This document shows positions 34,541-45,700 of a DNA stretch of 64,000 bases, piece after piece. The stretch is taken from the IMG/VR virus record IMGVR_UViG_3300035698_018475, positions 1 through 64,000 of that record. One strand, 5' to 3'. The stretch is from a virus. Position numbers and translations under genes: made by a program. How positions within the stretch are numbered: position 1 is the stretch's first letter; each line of letters begins with the position of its first letter. Below the pieces are notes generated by a model. The model did no database searches and was not told the DNA's origin. It saw only the letters and a program-made list of their open reading frames with translations.

Positions 34541-36627
34541 TGTACTCAAACTATAAATACAAAAAGCAGATAAGTCTCACAGGAGAGTCCGGTGCCGGAA
34601 CCGGTTATCAGGTCAAACTTCTCATTGCAAAGACTTCTGCTGCAGTGGGAGAAGATCTTGATCTAGATGGTCACTGTAAAGATGACTTTTCTGATATTCG
34701 TTTCACGAATTCTGTGGAAGATACTGCACTTAGCTATTGGATCGAATCCATAGTAGATTCAGGTGGTACTAAGTTAGCCACTGTTTGGGTAAAAGTGGGG
34801 GATGACCTTAGTTCTGGAACTGTCGATATCTATATCTACTACAGTCGTTCCATAGCGGTATCTGAAAGTAGTGGAACAAATACGTTTGAGCAGTTTGGTA
34901 TTGGTGCTCAATCTTTGGTCTCTCAGGATAACCCTTATCAGAATATTGTAGTACAGAATGATAACACCCAGCTTACTCTCAACCATGAAATAGTTGGTTC
35001 TGGTGAGCTTCATCCAAACGTGATCCACTTCCCGGATGGTCTGGATGGGTATACCTACTGGATGTTCTATACTCCCTATCCGGATGATAATGATGAGGAT
35101 GTTTGGCTTGAGCGATCAAATGATGGAATTACTTGGACAAAGTCAGGTGTTTCTAACCCCATAATTGCACATGGTGGTGGTGGGTGGATGGATACTCACC
35201 TTGCCGATCCCGATGTAATTTATGTCGAAGAGTATGACAAATTTTTCTGCGTCTTTGTTGGCACGGATGGCACGGATTATCAGATAGGGCTTGCTTATTC
35301 TGATACCGGCGATGGAACTACCTGGACGGTCTTAGGTGTACTGGTTGATGGTACTGAGGCCTGGGAGTTAGATAGTGTTGGTAATAAGGGGATCGTTTGT
35401 CCGGCTCTCTGGTTTGATACTACACAGCTAAAGTTTCATATTTGGTATACATGTCCCGATGAAGTTGTGGGTATTCCGGGTAATAGCAGAAAACTCTGTC
35501 ATGCAACTTTTACCTGGGTAGATACTGAGGGATCAGAGGCAGTGGCTAATTTTACACGAATCGGTGGCGATTTTATATTTTATCCTGACGCAGATGCTGA
35601 CTTCCAGGCTGGTTTGGGACATGTTGATGTGTGGTACGATCCGGATGATGCTTCTTATCCGTTCTATATGTATGCGGTTCGGGCCGTTGTAAATAAGCTC
35701 GCAACTAATCATTGGGAACTGGCTCTCTTTCGTTCTGCTGATGGGACGACTTGGTCCTATGTGGGGTCCGTAATGAAGCGATTGGCTCAATTGTGGGGTA
35801 ATCGTTTTATCTACCGTACCTGTGTGATGACACAAGGAAATGGTGAGGTTTACAAAGGTGACGATGATGAGATAACCATATTCTTCTCTTGTGCTAATTG
35901 TGTAGATCCTTACTCACCTTCTATCGGTATTGCCAACAGTTTAGCATCAAGACAAGTGTATTCCCTAGATACTGATGTCTGGTCTATATTATCCCAAGAG
36001 GCTGGTGCTTACCTTTCGACCTACGGTTCAAATGGTGGGGTGTTGCTTTATGGAGGGGCTGACACAAAAGAGATATGTCTTAAAGGGCAGGGACATACCC
36101 ACGGTCACGCTGCTCGTTGGCAAGGTGTGTTTTCCAATACGGCAGGTGCGAGTCAAATAAGTGCTGTTGGCTGGTTTGATGGTGTGGAAACAACAGCAGC
36201 CGCAAAGCAGAATGTACTGGAATCTGTGCATGGAACGGAGTATGCTTTGGCAGCCGACGGTACTAACTTTGGTCTTGATACGATTACCGGTGTACTTACT
36301 GTAAGTAGTCGGGCAATCTGGGAAATTCAATGTTTTGGTGATGCTGCTTCTCCATCGACCATAATGATTCAGAATGGTGTTGATCTTACAGCAAGCATAC
36401 CTGATGCTGAAGATGAGTGTTTCACTGCTCCACCTTCTTGGTACACTAAGCTATTCTGTCGGGATGAAGAAAACACAGCGTTCTTGATTGTTGATTGGTA
36501 TTTGATACGAAAGGTAGTGGCTACTGAACCGAGTTTTGACGAAGCTGGTGAAGAAGAGCGTATAGCACAGCAGATAGGATGGGGTAGTTGGTGGCCTAAG
36601 GCATCTTATATGGGTGCTGGTGGTTAG
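34540..36627 (+). CDS. DUF2341-domain protein with inserted glycoside-hydrolase-like beta-propeller
   Basis: N-terminal YQVKL...DFSDIRFT....LSYWIE...VWVKV and C-terminal VDWYLIRK...EP (DUF2341-like); the middle carries HPNV, ADPDV.Y and IGLAYS propeller motifs. Confidence 0.65.
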   Translation: MYSNYKYKKQISLTGESGAGTGYQVKLLIAKTSAAVGEDLDLDGHCKDDFSDIRFTNSVEDTALSYWIESIVDSGGTKLATVWVKVGDDLSSGTVDIYIYYSRSIAVSESSGTNTFEQFGIGAQSLVSQDNPYQNIVVQNDNTQLTLNHEIVGSGELHPNVIHFPDGLDGYTYWMFYTPYPDDNDEDVWLERSNDGITWTKSGVSNPIIAHGGGGWMDTHLADPDVIYVEEYDKFFCVFVGTDGTDYQIGLAYSDTGDGTTWTVLGVLVDGTEAWELDSVGNKGIVCPALWFDTTQLKFHIWYTCPDEVVGIPGNSRKLCHATFTWVDTEGSEAVANFTRIGGDFIFYPDADADFQAGLGHVDVWYDPDDASYPFYMYAVRAVVNKLATNHWELALFRSADGTTWSYVGSVMKRLAQLWGNRFIYRTCVMTQGNGEVYKGDDDEITIFFSCANCVDPYSPSIGIANSLASRQVYSLDTDVWSILSQEAGAYLSTYGSNGGVLLYGGADTKEICLKGQGHTHGHAARWQGVFSNTAGASQISAVGWFDGVETTAAAKQNVLESVHGTEYALAADGTNFGLDTITGVLTVSSRAIWEIQCFGDAASPSTIMIQNGVDLTASIPDAEDECFTAPPSWYTKLFCRDEENTAFLIVDWYLIRKVVATEPSFDEAGEEERIAQQIGWGSWWPKASYMGAGG

Positions 36628-36679
36628 TGTTTGTTTATGAAAGATAAGGTAAAAGTTACTTTTTATAGGAGATTGACAA

Positions 36680-37540
36680 ATGATTGATCCGAAGAAAATC
36701 ATGGAAAGCGTTGATAAAAACACCTCACGGGATTTCGGTGTATTTATCATGAAGTATGGTAATCAGGTGTATAACATCCAGGAATCCCGTTACTGGGAGC
36801 AACGTGAGAAAGCGTTGGAAGAAGCCAAGGCAATCACTCCACCGGCGAACTGTTATGTGGAAGTCAGGGAGAAGATCGATGGAACTTTCTTGCATGAGAA
36901 GAGTTCGTTATGGAGATCTGACAGAGTGGCAGAGGGTTCAGGTAAGGGTGACTATGGGCTAAACCCGGATACTACCTCTGCGGGCCCGAAAGAGACCGAT
37001 ACTCCCAAGGAAATTTCTCACGGTATAACCGATGGGGATAAGCTCAAACCTGAGACGGCCCCAAATGAAGGTGGGAAAAGTACCGTTGGTGCAGTGGTTA
37101 AGAGTAAGAACCTCACTCCGAAACCTAAGGGCTCCGGTGGTGGGGACAACTCGGGTGGTACAGAAGGTGGGGGCCAAACCGGGAAGCTACCTCTGAAGAA
37201 AGAGAAGGCTCCCAATGAGTCCCGCCAAAAAGTGGATGAAGGTACTCCCGAGTCCAAGTATGGTGGGGCAATAGCCAAAGCTGATAATATTATGACAGCG
37301 GCTAAGAAGGCTTATGATGACGCAAAAACCGCTCATAAGAAGGCAGTTGGTGCTGCGAGAGATACTTTGGCGAAGGATAAGGCTGCAGCCAAGAAGAATA
37401 AGAAGAAAACTAAGGAAGGTAAGGTCCCTGCATCCCCTTCAACAGATCCGGAGGGCACTCTGGTTAAGAAGTTGACCGAAGAAGAAGAGGGAGATCTTCC
37501 CGGTGAAGAAGAGAGGGAAGAACAGGACCCAAAAGAATAG
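36680..37540 (+). CDS. Low-complexity putative head protein (short isoform)
   Basis: G/P/K-rich linker, an Ala/Lys-rich helix and an acidic end; the stop lies directly after a slippery heptamer. Confidence 0.7.
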   Translation: MIDPKKIMESVDKNTSRDFGVFIMKYGNQVYNIQESRYWEQREKALEEAKAITPPANCYVEVREKIDGTFLHEKSSLWRSDRVAEGSGKGDYGLNPDTTSAGPKETDTPKEISHGITDGDKLKPETAPNEGGKSTVGAVVKSKNLTPKPKGSGGGDNSGGTEGGGQTGKLPLKKEKAPNESRQKVDEGTPESKYGGAIAKADNIMTAAKKAYDDAKTAHKKAVGAARDTLAKDKAAAKKNKKKTKEGKVPASPSTDPEGTLVKKLTEEEEGDLPGEEEREEQDPKE

Positions 37541-37573
37541 GGGCTACTCCCGGAGAAGAAGGTGGTAGCCCTA
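37528..37573 (+). promoter_or_regulatory. Candidate -1 programmed ribosomal frameshift signal
   Basis: In-frame C CCA AAA heptamer (37528-37534) followed by the stem TAGGGGCTAC/GTAGCCCTA; the -1 frame runs into ORF 37579. Confidence 0.65.
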
Positions 37574-37578
37574 CTGAA

Positions 37579-37839
37579 ATGGATCATTCCGAACTTACAA
37601 GTATAATACGACAAATGGCTTTCCTTGCTGGTCAGGGACATTCTGAAGAGTGGGTAAGAAATTTGGTATTAGCCGTTGCTTCTGATAACAATTTAGAACT
37701 TAGTTCTACAGAACAACAAGAGGTCATGAAAGGTTGGCAGGAGGATCTTGCTATGTACTTGGGTTTGGAGGATGATACTGATAATGGGGAAGGTGCTGAA
37801 GGGTTTGAAGTAACAAGATTTGGAGAAGAAGAAGACTAA
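37579..37839 (+). CDS. Hypothetical domain; probable -1 frameshift extension of 36680
   Basis: Frame is open upstream to about 37506; no well-placed RBS. Confidence 0.6.
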   Translation: MDHSELTSIIRQMAFLAGQGHSEEWVRNLVLAVASDNNLELSSTEQQEVMKGWQEDLAMYLGLEDDTDNGEGAEGFEVTRFGEEED

Positions 37840-37845
37840 CCACTT

Positions 37846-38202
37846 ATGGCACTACAGGATATAAATCTGTCTTACCTGGGATTAGTCAAGCAATTGTATG
37901 TCCCTATAACAAGTAATGTTCTCCTAACCTTGGTGGAGGGGGAATTAGATTACAGGATTTGGATATGGAGGTTTGAGATATCGAGTGATGTACCGGCCAA
38001 GTTCATCATAAGAACTGGGACTAACCAGATATTCAACATGCACGCAGGCCAAAAGTGGGGTCATGTGGATCCATCAGAATCCAGATCACCCCGGTATATA
38101 ACAAATGATGGCGAAGATTTTACTATACAGGCTGATAAGGCCGTATTGGATGCAAATGTGTATCTCCAATGGCAGTTGAGAAGGGTAGAACCTTTAGAGT
38201 AG
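37846..38202 (+). CDS. Putative virion decoration protein (paralog 2)
   Basis: HAGQKWG and FTIQAD...ANVY, as in 34190. Confidence 0.6.
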   Translation: MALQDINLSYLGLVKQLYVPITSNVLLTLVEGELDYRIWIWRFEISSDVPAKFIIRTGTNQIFNMHAGQKWGHVDPSESRSPRYITNDGEDFTIQADKAVLDANVYLQWQLRRVEPLE

Positions 38203-38208
38203 TAACAT

Positions 38209-39537
38209 ATGGAAATACCTTCACTATTATTGCCCAGAGTATCCTTACCACTGATAATCACTGGTGGTATCATAGGGCTATCTTACGATACCACCCAATT
38301 TGAATTGGTGACTAATGAGCTGCATCTACAGCATCACACTATAACTCCCGGTTCAGTGACTATCACCCAACCACTTACAGTTCAGGGTGATCTAATCACG
38401 AATGGACAATTGAATGTTATATCAGTTTCAACTCCTCAATTTACTCTAACCAATGGGGCCACCACTGCAACTTTTGCATTAGATGTCGTTGGAGATCTTA
38501 CTATTAACCCATCAGGGAACGAGCTTTCCATTGAGGCTGATGTTAATTTGGGGGGTAGTGGAATAACGGCTGCTATAGGGCAATTTACGACGAATTTATT
38601 AGCGGAAAATCTTGATGTTGATACTTTGAATCTGAATGGAAATGTAATTTCTGATAGTACAGGAACAATAAGTTTTGATGATGAGATTCTTACTACTACG
38701 GGACGAATAGGTATTGGGACTGTTCCTCTTGCTAGTTCATTGTTACATATAAAATATGGTAGTGCAGGGGGCTATCCCGCATGGTTAGAATGGGATAAAA
38801 ATATAATAGAAAGTAGTGGAGCATCCGTATTAACATTACTAAGCCCTAATACAGGTGGGGGTTGGATAGTTTTTGCAGACCCACAGAATAGAGATAGTGG
38901 GGCAATAGGTTATATTCACAGCACAAACCAAATGAGATTCTATACCCTTGGCACTCAACGAGTCACAATCCTCAGTACGGGACTGGTTGGGATCAATGAT
39001 ACAACACCAAGTTACACATTAGATGTTAATGGAACTTTCCGAGTAGCAGGGGTGAGTATTTTTGAGGAAGACTTCTATTTTAGTGGTGACAGTTCTGGAT
39101 TACCTTACGGTTCTTGTTCTTGTTATGAGATAGGTTGGACACAGGTAGCAGCCGTGAATACCTGGTATAATGTAATTGATGCGGGTTTTATAAGTGGTTT
39201 ACTAAATAATGTGACTCATGATGGAAATGGGAAGCTAACTGTTAGTAAAGCAGGGATATATAAAGTCATTGTAAGTTTGGATCTTGAGGTTAATGCTGTA
39301 AATAATCATGTAGAAATAGGTTTTGAAGTAAGTAATAGTGGGAGTGCAGTCACAGAGGGAATAGTGTGTACGGAAACAAAGTTTGCAAACGAAGAACATC
39401 AAATGGCTACAACTGCACTATTAGATTTAGCTGAAAATGCTACAATAGAATTATGTATAAGGACAACTGATGCGGGAAACCCCACTATTAAATTAGAGTG
39501 TGTAAGTATGAATTGTATTCAAATAGGTGGAACTTAA
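38209..39537 (+). CDS. Fiber-like structural protein
   Basis: T/G/N-rich shaft with GRIGIGT and GLVGINDTTPSYTLDVNG repeats and a C-terminal beta-sandwich. Confidence 0.7.
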   Translation: MEIPSLLLPRVSLPLIITGGIIGLSYDTTQFELVTNELHLQHHTITPGSVTITQPLTVQGDLITNGQLNVISVSTPQFTLTNGATTATFALDVVGDLTINPSGNELSIEADVNLGGSGITAAIGQFTTNLLAENLDVDTLNLNGNVISDSTGTISFDDEILTTTGRIGIGTVPLASSLLHIKYGSAGGYPAWLEWDKNIIESSGASVLTLLSPNTGGGWIVFADPQNRDSGAIGYIHSTNQMRFYTLGTQRVTILSTGLVGINDTTPSYTLDVNGTFRVAGVSIFEEDFYFSGDSSGLPYGSCSCYEIGWTQVAAVNTWYNVIDAGFISGLLNNVTHDGNGKLTVSKAGIYKVIVSLDLEVNAVNNHVEIGFEVSNSGSAVTEGIVCTETKFANEEHQMATTALLDLAENATIELCIRTTDAGNPTIKLECVSMNCIQIGGT

Positions 39538-39559
39538 TGGACTTCAAGGAGCATAAGAT

Positions 39560-39799
39560 ATGGATATAATTTTTCGTATCCCAGATCAACATATAACTCG
39601 GGTAGTTGATGGCCTTCAAAAGCAATTTTTTAGTCTTGCCCCACCTGGAATTGATGCTAGTGGATTAACTAGTGCTAAACGTGCAAAAGAAGCAATACGA
39701 CTATGGATTATTCAATCGGTAAAAAGTTCAGAATATCAGGACGCTATGGATACTATTACTATTGATGTCCCAGATGATGTAGTGGAGAGTGATATTTAG
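39560..39799 (+). CDS. Hypothetical (fiber-associated) protein
   Basis: AAGGAG RBS. Confidence 0.6.
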   Translation: MDIIFRIPDQHITRVVDGLQKQFFSLAPPGIDASGLTSAKRAKEAIRLWIIQSVKSSEYQDAMDTITIDVPDDVVESDI

Positions 39800-39820
39800 T
39801 TATTTAGAAGGAGAAGTATC

Positions 39821-40186
39821 ATGAGATTTACTTTTACTGATCGGATGATGGTTAATACCTTACTTCCCGGTCAAGGTAATATGCTTACCTTACGTTTAGT
39901 GAAGGACATAAGGGAGAAGTTTGATTTTTCCGTGGAAGAACTTGAGAAGTATAAAATAAATTCCAAGGAGAGTGGGAGAATAACCTGGGATCCTGCACTG
40001 GATGTTCATATAGAGTTCGATATTGATCTGACAAATTCGGAGATTGGATTTCTTAAAGATCGTGTGGGTGAGATGGATACAACCAGTTCTATCCCTTATA
40101 GTGCATTGGAATTGTGTGAAAAGATCAAAGCTCTTGAGGTGGAACAAAAAGAAGTAGTAGTAGAAGAAGGACCTAAGGTAGAGTGA
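39821..40186 (+). CDS. Hypothetical (fiber-associated) protein
   Basis: AAGGAG RBS. Confidence 0.65.
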   Translation: MRFTFTDRMMVNTLLPGQGNMLTLRLVKDIREKFDFSVEELEKYKINSKESGRITWDPALDVHIEFDIDLTNSEIGFLKDRVGEMDTTSSIPYSALELCEKIKALEVEQKEVVVEEGPKVE

Positions 40187-40539
40187 TGGCAAAACTGGGT
40201 TTTAGATATTATAATACTGGATCGAATATATACTTGGTCCTTGTTTATGGGAACAATCAGCATGTTCGGGCATTGGATAATGCTCTGGTGGATTACGACG
40301 TCGATGATTGGGAAGATTATGAACGGTATATGATTGAAATAGGGGATTACTTTTATGAGTATGAACTGCCCGCAGGCTTACTGGACGGTAATTACTCAGT
40401 TGATGTATTTGATGCCCTGGATAGTTTGGCTTACCCCACAGATCAAAAGGTAGGTCAGTTAATATTTGATTTGAAAGATGGGGAATTCCAGACTATAATA
40501 GTTGTTGTAGAAGGTATGGAAGATATTGGGAGTTGGTAA
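40183..40539 (+). CDS. Hypothetical protein
   Basis: 4-nt overlap; beta-rich. Confidence 0.6.
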   Translation: MMAKLGFRYYNTGSNIYLVLVYGNNQHVRALDNALVDYDVDDWEDYERYMIEIGDYFYEYELPAGLLDGNYSVDVFDALDSLAYPTDQKVGQLIFDLKDGEFQTIIVVVEGMEDIGSW

Positions 40540-40540
40540 T

Positions 40541-42784
40541 ATGAAGAATAATAGTCTAATGAATCATGTGATTTCCAATAGTAGGGCTATAAATGATGAG
40601 GCTTCCCTAAGTGCAGGTATGTCTGATAGAGAGATGTTACAGGCTCATAGGGATATGCTGGGTTCCACCGCTGGGAGAGTGGGGCTTGATGCCAGCAGGA
40701 AGTCCCAATATGTAGCTTTTATGTTGGAGAGATATGAGTTGGGTACCTATGCTCCAGAGTTTGCACATGAGTGGGCCACGAGGTTTAAGCAGGGTAAAGA
40801 GTGGAGTTTCTCGGATGGTGAGAGTAAGAAAGTATTGGAGAGGTTGTATCCTGCATTGTATGAAGGTAGTAAAGTCCCAGAAGAGACATCCGACCACTAT
40901 AAGAATCTGATATATCGTATATTTAACGATATGGATCGGGATACTCTTTTACAAGTTATACAAGGCGAGGGTATTACTAGTGAATTTGAAGAACAATTAC
41001 CAGGCAAGTCCCTAGGTGGGGCCAGTGATGATGAGATAAGAGATACGTTGATAGGTGTTTGGGATGAGTTTGATGCAGATGTGTATAATAATATAAGGAA
41101 GTATACCACGGAATCTAAAAGTGACCATCAAAAGAAACTATTGGAATTGATTCAACTGGATGGTGAATTGGTGTTCAACATCCATAGAAACTACATAGGG
41201 GAAGTGGAGGAAGTCACCGATGAAACAAGAACAAGGGTGCAAGGTTTTCTGGGGGAGTCCGCCACGGATCAACAAATCAAGCAAATCTGGGAAGAGTACA
41301 ACTCCACGGGAAGTGAGGATCAGGAGCGGGGGGATGGAACACATACAGATCAAAGTGGAGAGAAAGTAGATAAAAATGGGTATCTTCTACAGATGGGTTT
41401 ATTCCATGATGAACTTAGTGCTGCTCTTTCCGAAGAAGAGTATAACATGTTATCCCAGTTAGTGGGTAAGCAGGATTCTTCAATTGATAAGATTGATTCT
41501 CCGGCTATAGATAAATGGTTGGTCGATGGTGGTCCCCTTCAAGAAGTAGAAGATTTTGTAGATTCTGAAGAGTCCCTACTTAGCTTATTAAGGAGTTTGG
41601 ATAATCCTACGGTAGAAGAACAACAGTTGACTAAATTAGTTACAAGGATTGTAAGTATATTAGTTGCTAAGGATCTAACTTCTGAGTCTAAGAAAGTAAA
41701 TGAACAAGAAGAGGGTGGTAAAGAAGATATACTTGGGGACTATATTACTCAACGAATTAGGAAGATGACTCCTGAGCAGGCGAGAGAAGTTGCAAAGAAG
41801 ATGATCTCTAGGATGGAGTCCGAGATAGAGCAGATAAAATCCGAACTTCCTCCCGCTGAAGAGTCTAAGAAAGTAAACGAACAAGGTAAAAAGGGTAAGA
41901 GGCCATGGGAAGAGCCAGAAGAAGAGGACGAAGGTCCTATTGGTTTACCTGGTCGTGATTTATCACGTGATCTATCAGATGAAGAAGAGGACGACGAAGG
42001 TCCTATTGGTTTACCTGGTCGTGATTTATCAGATGATGAGTTCGAGGAGGAACCCATGGATAAGCCTGAACCTGGGGTGGATATGGAACCTGTGGAACAA
42101 CCAGTTGAACCCCCAGAGGAAGAACTACCTATGGAAGAAGAGCCCACTATGGAGAAAGAGTATGTGGGTAAAAAGGGAGAAGAACATTACTATATGGTAC
42201 AAGGTACTTCCAATACTGGGGAAGTAAATGATTTGATTATGCAGGATGCAGAGGAAGAGAAGTTGTTCTCCGCATCTGAACAGAATCTGGATCCTACCGA
42301 TATTCCCGGGTTTATCATATCAGCCATGAAAGAACTGGATTTGGAAGAAATATCTACCTCTCTGGTGGATAGGTATATAATCCCTGCGGCCGAAGATAGA
42401 GCGAAGGAACAGGCGGAAGAGGAATTCACTGAACAAGAACCCTTGGAACTTGGAGAGGAACCGAGGGAAGATCAAGTGGAAGAAATGCCACCTGAGGGGG
42501 AAGAAGAAATGATACCACCTGAGGAAGAAGAGGAGTTTGAGCCTGAACCCAGGAGGAAGAAGAGGCATGAGGGTGTAATACCTTTCCAGGGAAAGAGTTA
42601 TGCTTATTCCATTTATGAAGGGCAGACTTCTGTTATGGTAAATATAGGTGGAAGGAACTTTACCTTCGCTTCTGGAACCATCAGTTTATATGAATCTATG
42701 GGACAGGTAAAAAATCTAATGGTAGATACCCTTAAACAGTTGTCTAGCCTGGAGTTAGGGAAGTTACGGGAGAATACAAAATAG
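40541..42784 (+). CDS. Large acidic modular prohead-core/internal protein
   Basis: Directly upstream of the protease gene; very acidic; repeated ESKKVNEQ linkers. Confidence 0.7.
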   Translation: MKNNSLMNHVISNSRAINDEASLSAGMSDREMLQAHRDMLGSTAGRVGLDASRKSQYVAFMLERYELGTYAPEFAHEWATRFKQGKEWSFSDGESKKVLERLYPALYEGSKVPEETSDHYKNLIYRIFNDMDRDTLLQVIQGEGITSEFEEQLPGKSLGGASDDEIRDTLIGVWDEFDADVYNNIRKYTTESKSDHQKKLLELIQLDGELVFNIHRNYIGEVEEVTDETRTRVQGFLGESATDQQIKQIWEEYNSTGSEDQERGDGTHTDQSGEKVDKNGYLLQMGLFHDELSAALSEEEYNMLSQLVGKQDSSIDKIDSPAIDKWLVDGGPLQEVEDFVDSEESLLSLLRSLDNPTVEEQQLTKLVTRIVSILVAKDLTSESKKVNEQEEGGKEDILGDYITQRIRKMTPEQAREVAKKMISRMESEIEQIKSELPPAEESKKVNEQGKKGKRPWEEPEEEDEGPIGLPGRDLSRDLSDEEEDDEGPIGLPGRDLSDDEFEEEPMDKPEPGVDMEPVEQPVEPPEEELPMEEEPTMEKEYVGKKGEEHYYMVQGTSNTGEVNDLIMQDAEEEKLFSASEQNLDPTDIPGFIISAMKELDLEEISTSLVDRYIIPAAEDRAKEQAEEEFTEQEPLELGEEPREDQVEEMPPEGEEEMIPPEEEEEFEPEPRRKKRHEGVIPFQGKSYAYSIYEGQTSVMVNIGGRNFTFASGTISLYESMGQVKNLMVDTLKQLSSLELGKLRENTK
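41930..42031 (+). repeat. 36-nt exact direct repeat (EGPIGLPGRDLS x2)
   Basis: GAAGGTCCTATTGGTTTACCTGGTCGTGATTTATCA at 41930 and 41996. Confidence 0.9.
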
Positions 42785-42793
42785 GAGTTTATT

Positions 42794-45700
42794 ATGAAAG
42801 TTATACCTTTTCCGAAGGATGACAGGGAAGTTGTGTTCGAGAAGTACCAGATGGTACAAATGCAAGAAGGGGAAGAGCTCCCAAGTAAGGTGTTGTGCAG
42901 AGTGGTATATCCTGTGTGCAACCTTGATCAACTTAATGCAAATAAGAGGAGGTATAGGAAGGCAGTGTGGGAACAGGTGATGGATTCCGATACTCTTAAG
43001 GAAAAGTTGGACCACCGATGTCTGTTTGGGCACGCAGAACATCCTAAGGAGTCCCAGAGTCAGTTGGAGAAAACCTCTCATGTCATAAATAGGATCTGGG
43101 TAGATGAGGATTCTAATAGGGTGTTGCAGGAAATTGATGTTCTGGACACTCCTTATGGAAGAATAGTGGATACTCTACTGCAAGCTGAATGTGGAGTTGG
43201 AGTGTCCACCAGGGCTGAGGGGGAATTGGAGGAACAGAAAGATGATGAGGGTGAAACCTTTTATGATGTGATCCCGGAATCTTATGGATATATTACTACT
43301 GATTTCACCGCCGATCCCTCAACTCCTAATCCTTATCCCATGGAAGTGCAAAGGAGAATGGTGGAATCGATCGAAAAAGACAGGAACGATCTTGATCAGG
43401 GGTTCGCCATAGCCATGTTGGAGAGTATAAAGGGTAAGAAGGCACAATCTTTATGTGAGTCCATCAAGAGTAGTAAGGTGGAAGAAGAAGAGAAACCTTT
43501 GCAGAAAGTTAAACTAGTTGAACGAAGAGGTAAATCCGATCCCACCTATGCCAAGAAAATCATGGACTTCATAGATGGGGAGTGGAAAGAGACCCGGGAG
43601 AAGGATCTCACCAAGTTGATGCAAGAGTACAGGGAGCATATTAAGGTGGCACCCAAAGAGTCAGTGAAGAACTGGCTCGGTAGATTATGGCAGACTAACG
43701 AGAAAGGTTTGGTCCCCTTTGTGTCTGAAGAGTTCGTGAGGGACTATAAATCGTTATTGGAGCAGGAGGATCCGGGAGAGTTCGATCTTGATGGGGAAAT
43801 GGCGGCAGAGGGGAATGCTGGGGCAAAACCAGGTGAGGAGGAGTTGGAGGGAGATCTGGGTGATGAGGAAGTTATAGGTGAGCCTGAGGGAGATGGGGAT
43901 ATCCCGGGAGAGCCTGGTCCGGATCTGGAAGTTCCTGGGGAAGAGATGATAGTGGGTGAAGAGTTACCTGCAGAAGGAGAACTACCACCTGGGTTTGGTG
44001 CAGAAGTATCAGTGGGAGTTATGGATATTCCCGATGTATCGGCCACAGCCCTGATGTTACCTCCCCCGATATTGGATCCTCGAACAGCGGGAGTGAGCCA
44101 GATAGCCGATAGATTTGGATTCTTGGAGTTTATGACAGATTCAGGTAATAGTGTGGTCAGTCCATATCTGCAGAGGTTGGAAAAGGAGAGGTTGGATCTA
44201 TTGGATGAGTTGTCCTACAGATATTCCAGATCTGTCAGGGAAAGTAAGAAAGGGCAAAAGATTGAGTTCCGTGTTGATGAGTCTAAACTGTTGGAAATCC
44301 AGGATGTTAGATCCTCCAAGAGGGTTATTGAGTTCCTGGAAAGGGATTGGACAGAACCCGTGGAGAAGAAGATCTCCAAAACTATCCTGGAAAATAAGGA
44401 TACTATTCTTAAAGCTCCTATGGGGGAGACCAAGGATTATCTTTCCAGGGTGTGGGAAGCACAGTCTGAAGAGTTGATAGTTGATGCTTCTGATGACTTT
44501 GTTGATGAGTTACTGGAATTGATTAACTCTGATCCAGTGGATGAAACAGAAGATATCAAACAAGTATATACCGATGCTGGATTGGATCCCCCGAAAGGTA
44601 AGGGTATTCATACCAAGAAGTTCCATCGGATGGCGACTGATATAATGAAGGGGTATAGTGATGGGGAGCCCACTGAAGAAGAGAAGGGTATAGCATACGC
44701 AACTACCATGGATAGACTGGGAAGAGATAAGTCGGTGAGGAAGAGTCACCATCAGGATAAGTCTGAGAAGATTAACATCCAGGAAAACTACTGGGGGTTA
44801 TTGGACTTCCTAACTAAGTGGGAGGAGAACAAGGGTAAAGTGCCAAAGAAGAAGAAAGTGGAGTCAAGTGCAACTAAACCCGTCAGTTGTCAGTCTGAGG
44901 GAGACATAGTCAGTGGTAGGTTGTTTGAGAAGAAGAAAGTGAATGAGCAAGAGGGAGATTTATCTATAGAAGAAATTAAAGGTTACATGAGAAAGACCAT
45001 AGCTCAGATGTCTGATCCACAGTATGAGGATGTGATAGCTTTTACAGAAGAGTGGTCTAAGATAAAGCTCCCTGATACTGATGAAGTAATGGATGCTGCA
45101 AATGAGGTTATACGAGAGTTTGATCGTCTGGTGGAGATGTGGTCAAGTGGAGAATCTGGATGGGTAGGGGATGATGATATGGAGGAATCAAAGAAAAATA
45201 AATCTTCTATTGATCTTCAAATACAAGAGGCTTCCACCCGGGCTGAGAGAGATAAAGCTTTGGAGGTTCTGGAAGATATCCAGAACCAGCTTAAGCAATT
45301 ACAGGATTCAAAAGAGGTGGAAGTCGGATTACTGTTAGCTAAGTTACAGGAGAGTTCCTCTGATATAGTCCAAAGTTATCAAGCGTTGAAGAATAAGTTG
45401 AAGGAAACCTTCGGGGAACTAAAGGTGGCAAAGGCCAGTCTTGATGCAGATCAAGAGGAACTGGCCAAGAAGGATGCTACTATAGCTACTTTGAAGGGGG
45501 ATGTTACTCAGATGAAAGCTGAGTATGGTACAGAGATAGAACAATTGGAGAACCGTCATCTTACTGAAAGAACTAAGATGTTAAAAGGTTATACACAAGC
45601 CAGATTAGGCGAAAGTTCTTATAAAGCAATTCCAGACAGAACTCGAGCACTTCTTGAGGAATCAAAAGATCTGGAAGAGGTTGAAGACCGGCTAATTGCG

